Below are positions 44,529 through 45,188 of a stretch of 45,188 nt of DNA, piece by piece. This stretch comes from a virus (Duplodnaviria; Caudoviricetes). The notes under the pieces are model-generated. The model did not search any database. It saw only the letters and a program-made list of their open reading frames with translations, and was not told the origin of the DNA. The first letter of the stretch is position 1. Every line of letters begins with the position of its first letter. The stretch covers positions 1 to 45,188 of the IMG/VR virus record IMGVR_UViG_3300048575_000378; one strand, given 5' to 3'. The translations under genes were made by a program, and so were the position numbers.

Positions 44529-44755
44529 CCCCCGCGGAATTCAAGGAGGCCAGGCGAGAGCTTGGCCTCTCACAGTCACAGCTCGGCCTCCTGCTCGATA
44601 CATCTCCGCAGACCATCCGCAAATGGGAGACGGACGAGGAGCGCTCGACGGCTCGGAGCGTCAATCCAGTCGCGGCCCGTGCCATGCACTGGTTTTTGGC
44701 CGGTTTTAGGCCTCCGGAGTGGCCCAAGGGTAAGAGTGGTCAGCATGACGTATAA
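44525..44755 (+). CDS. Small XRE-family HTH protein
   Basis: MTPAEFKEARRELGLSQSQLG.LL..S.QTIRKWE. Confidence 0.85.
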   Translation: MTPAEFKEARRELGLSQSQLGLLLDTSPQTIRKWETDEERSTARSVNPVAARAMHWFLAGFRPPEWPKGKSGQHDV

Positions 44756-45188
44756 GGAGTTGGAGCACGTCACCATCCTTACGGGCTCGTCCAGGATGAG
44801 CAAACGGGACGAGGTGTCGGATCAAGTAATCAATCACGTGCGTGCGCGCCTTGCCGCCGGCTCGGATGTCGGGGCAGGATGGTCTGTCCACATGCGGCCC
44901 ACCCACGTCGATCGCATTTGGGTCTACGATCTCCGCCATGATGGACACCACGCCGTCACCTGCTTTTTATGCGACAGTCCGGCCGATAGCGATGCGGTCT
45001 GGCTGATGGTCAGCAAGACCGGGAGCCTTCCGGGGGTACGTCTCCATCCGCCACAGCGGACGCCATGGCTCGCCGCCGTCCTGGTCGGCGGATCAGCGGT
45101 GATGGTTAACCCGGAGATTTTCGCCGATATCCTCCGTGAGGTCGGCGACCTCGAACGGATTGTAGCTTGGACGCTCCTCACGAAATGA
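44745..45188 (+). CDS. Hypothetical protein, 147 aa
   Basis: MTYKELEHVTILTGSSRMS...; overlaps the HTH stop. Confidence 0.6.
   Translation: MTYKELEHVTILTGSSRMSKRDEVSDQVINHVRARLAAGSDVGAGWSVHMRPTHVDRIWVYDLRHDGHHAVTCFLCDSPADSDAVWLMVSKTGSLPGVRLHPPQRTPWLAAVLVGGSAVMVNPEIFADILREVGDLERIVAWTLLTK

Larger units (their letters stand above)
1845..45188 (-). mobile_element. Mu-like transposable prophage with contractile tail; left end probably beyond the window
   Basis: MuA, MuB, ner, gam, gemA, Mor/C, gp25-gp49 equivalents and com are in Mu gene order. Including the accessory genes after about 43000 is inferred. Confidence 0.92.

Overview
Nearly the whole window is a transposable, Mu-like prophage with a contractile tail in a high-GC alphaproteobacterium. 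The host assignment is inferred from a GAAC-N7-GAAC SOS box, RcGTA-like genes and the flanking genes. Positions 1-1695 are host DNA: a degenerate GH1 glucosidase fragment, small ORFs and tRNA-Asn(GTT). The prophage R end is probably at 1845 (TG plus two repeats with a 22-bp period); the L end is not visible and probably lies beyond 45188. Reading the minus strand from right to left: ner, small early genes (including a DUF2829/Tad2-like sponge and a ParB-like protein), MuA, MuB, an in-frame DnaA-C/Gam ORF, gemA, an HNH protein, a Mor/C activator, lysis genes, a secreted PLD-family nuclease, terminase, portal, MuF, head, tail, baseplate, fibres, RcGTA-like head-spike genes, com and a DNA methyltransferase. 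An S24-type repressor and accessory genes lie on the plus strand. Most notable: (1) MuF carries a C-terminal R-STS-ExE ADP-ribosyltransferase domain, followed by a candidate immunity ORF; (2) the MuF linker has two conserved copies of a peptide (AYNPADDEAPL) that resembles the terminase C-terminal tail (AYTPA...DDEAPL); (3) three palindromic late-promoter sites have identical spacing to a -10-like hexamer, and two appear to give leaderless or near-leaderless mRNAs. All family assignments come from motif recognition and gene order, not from database searches.
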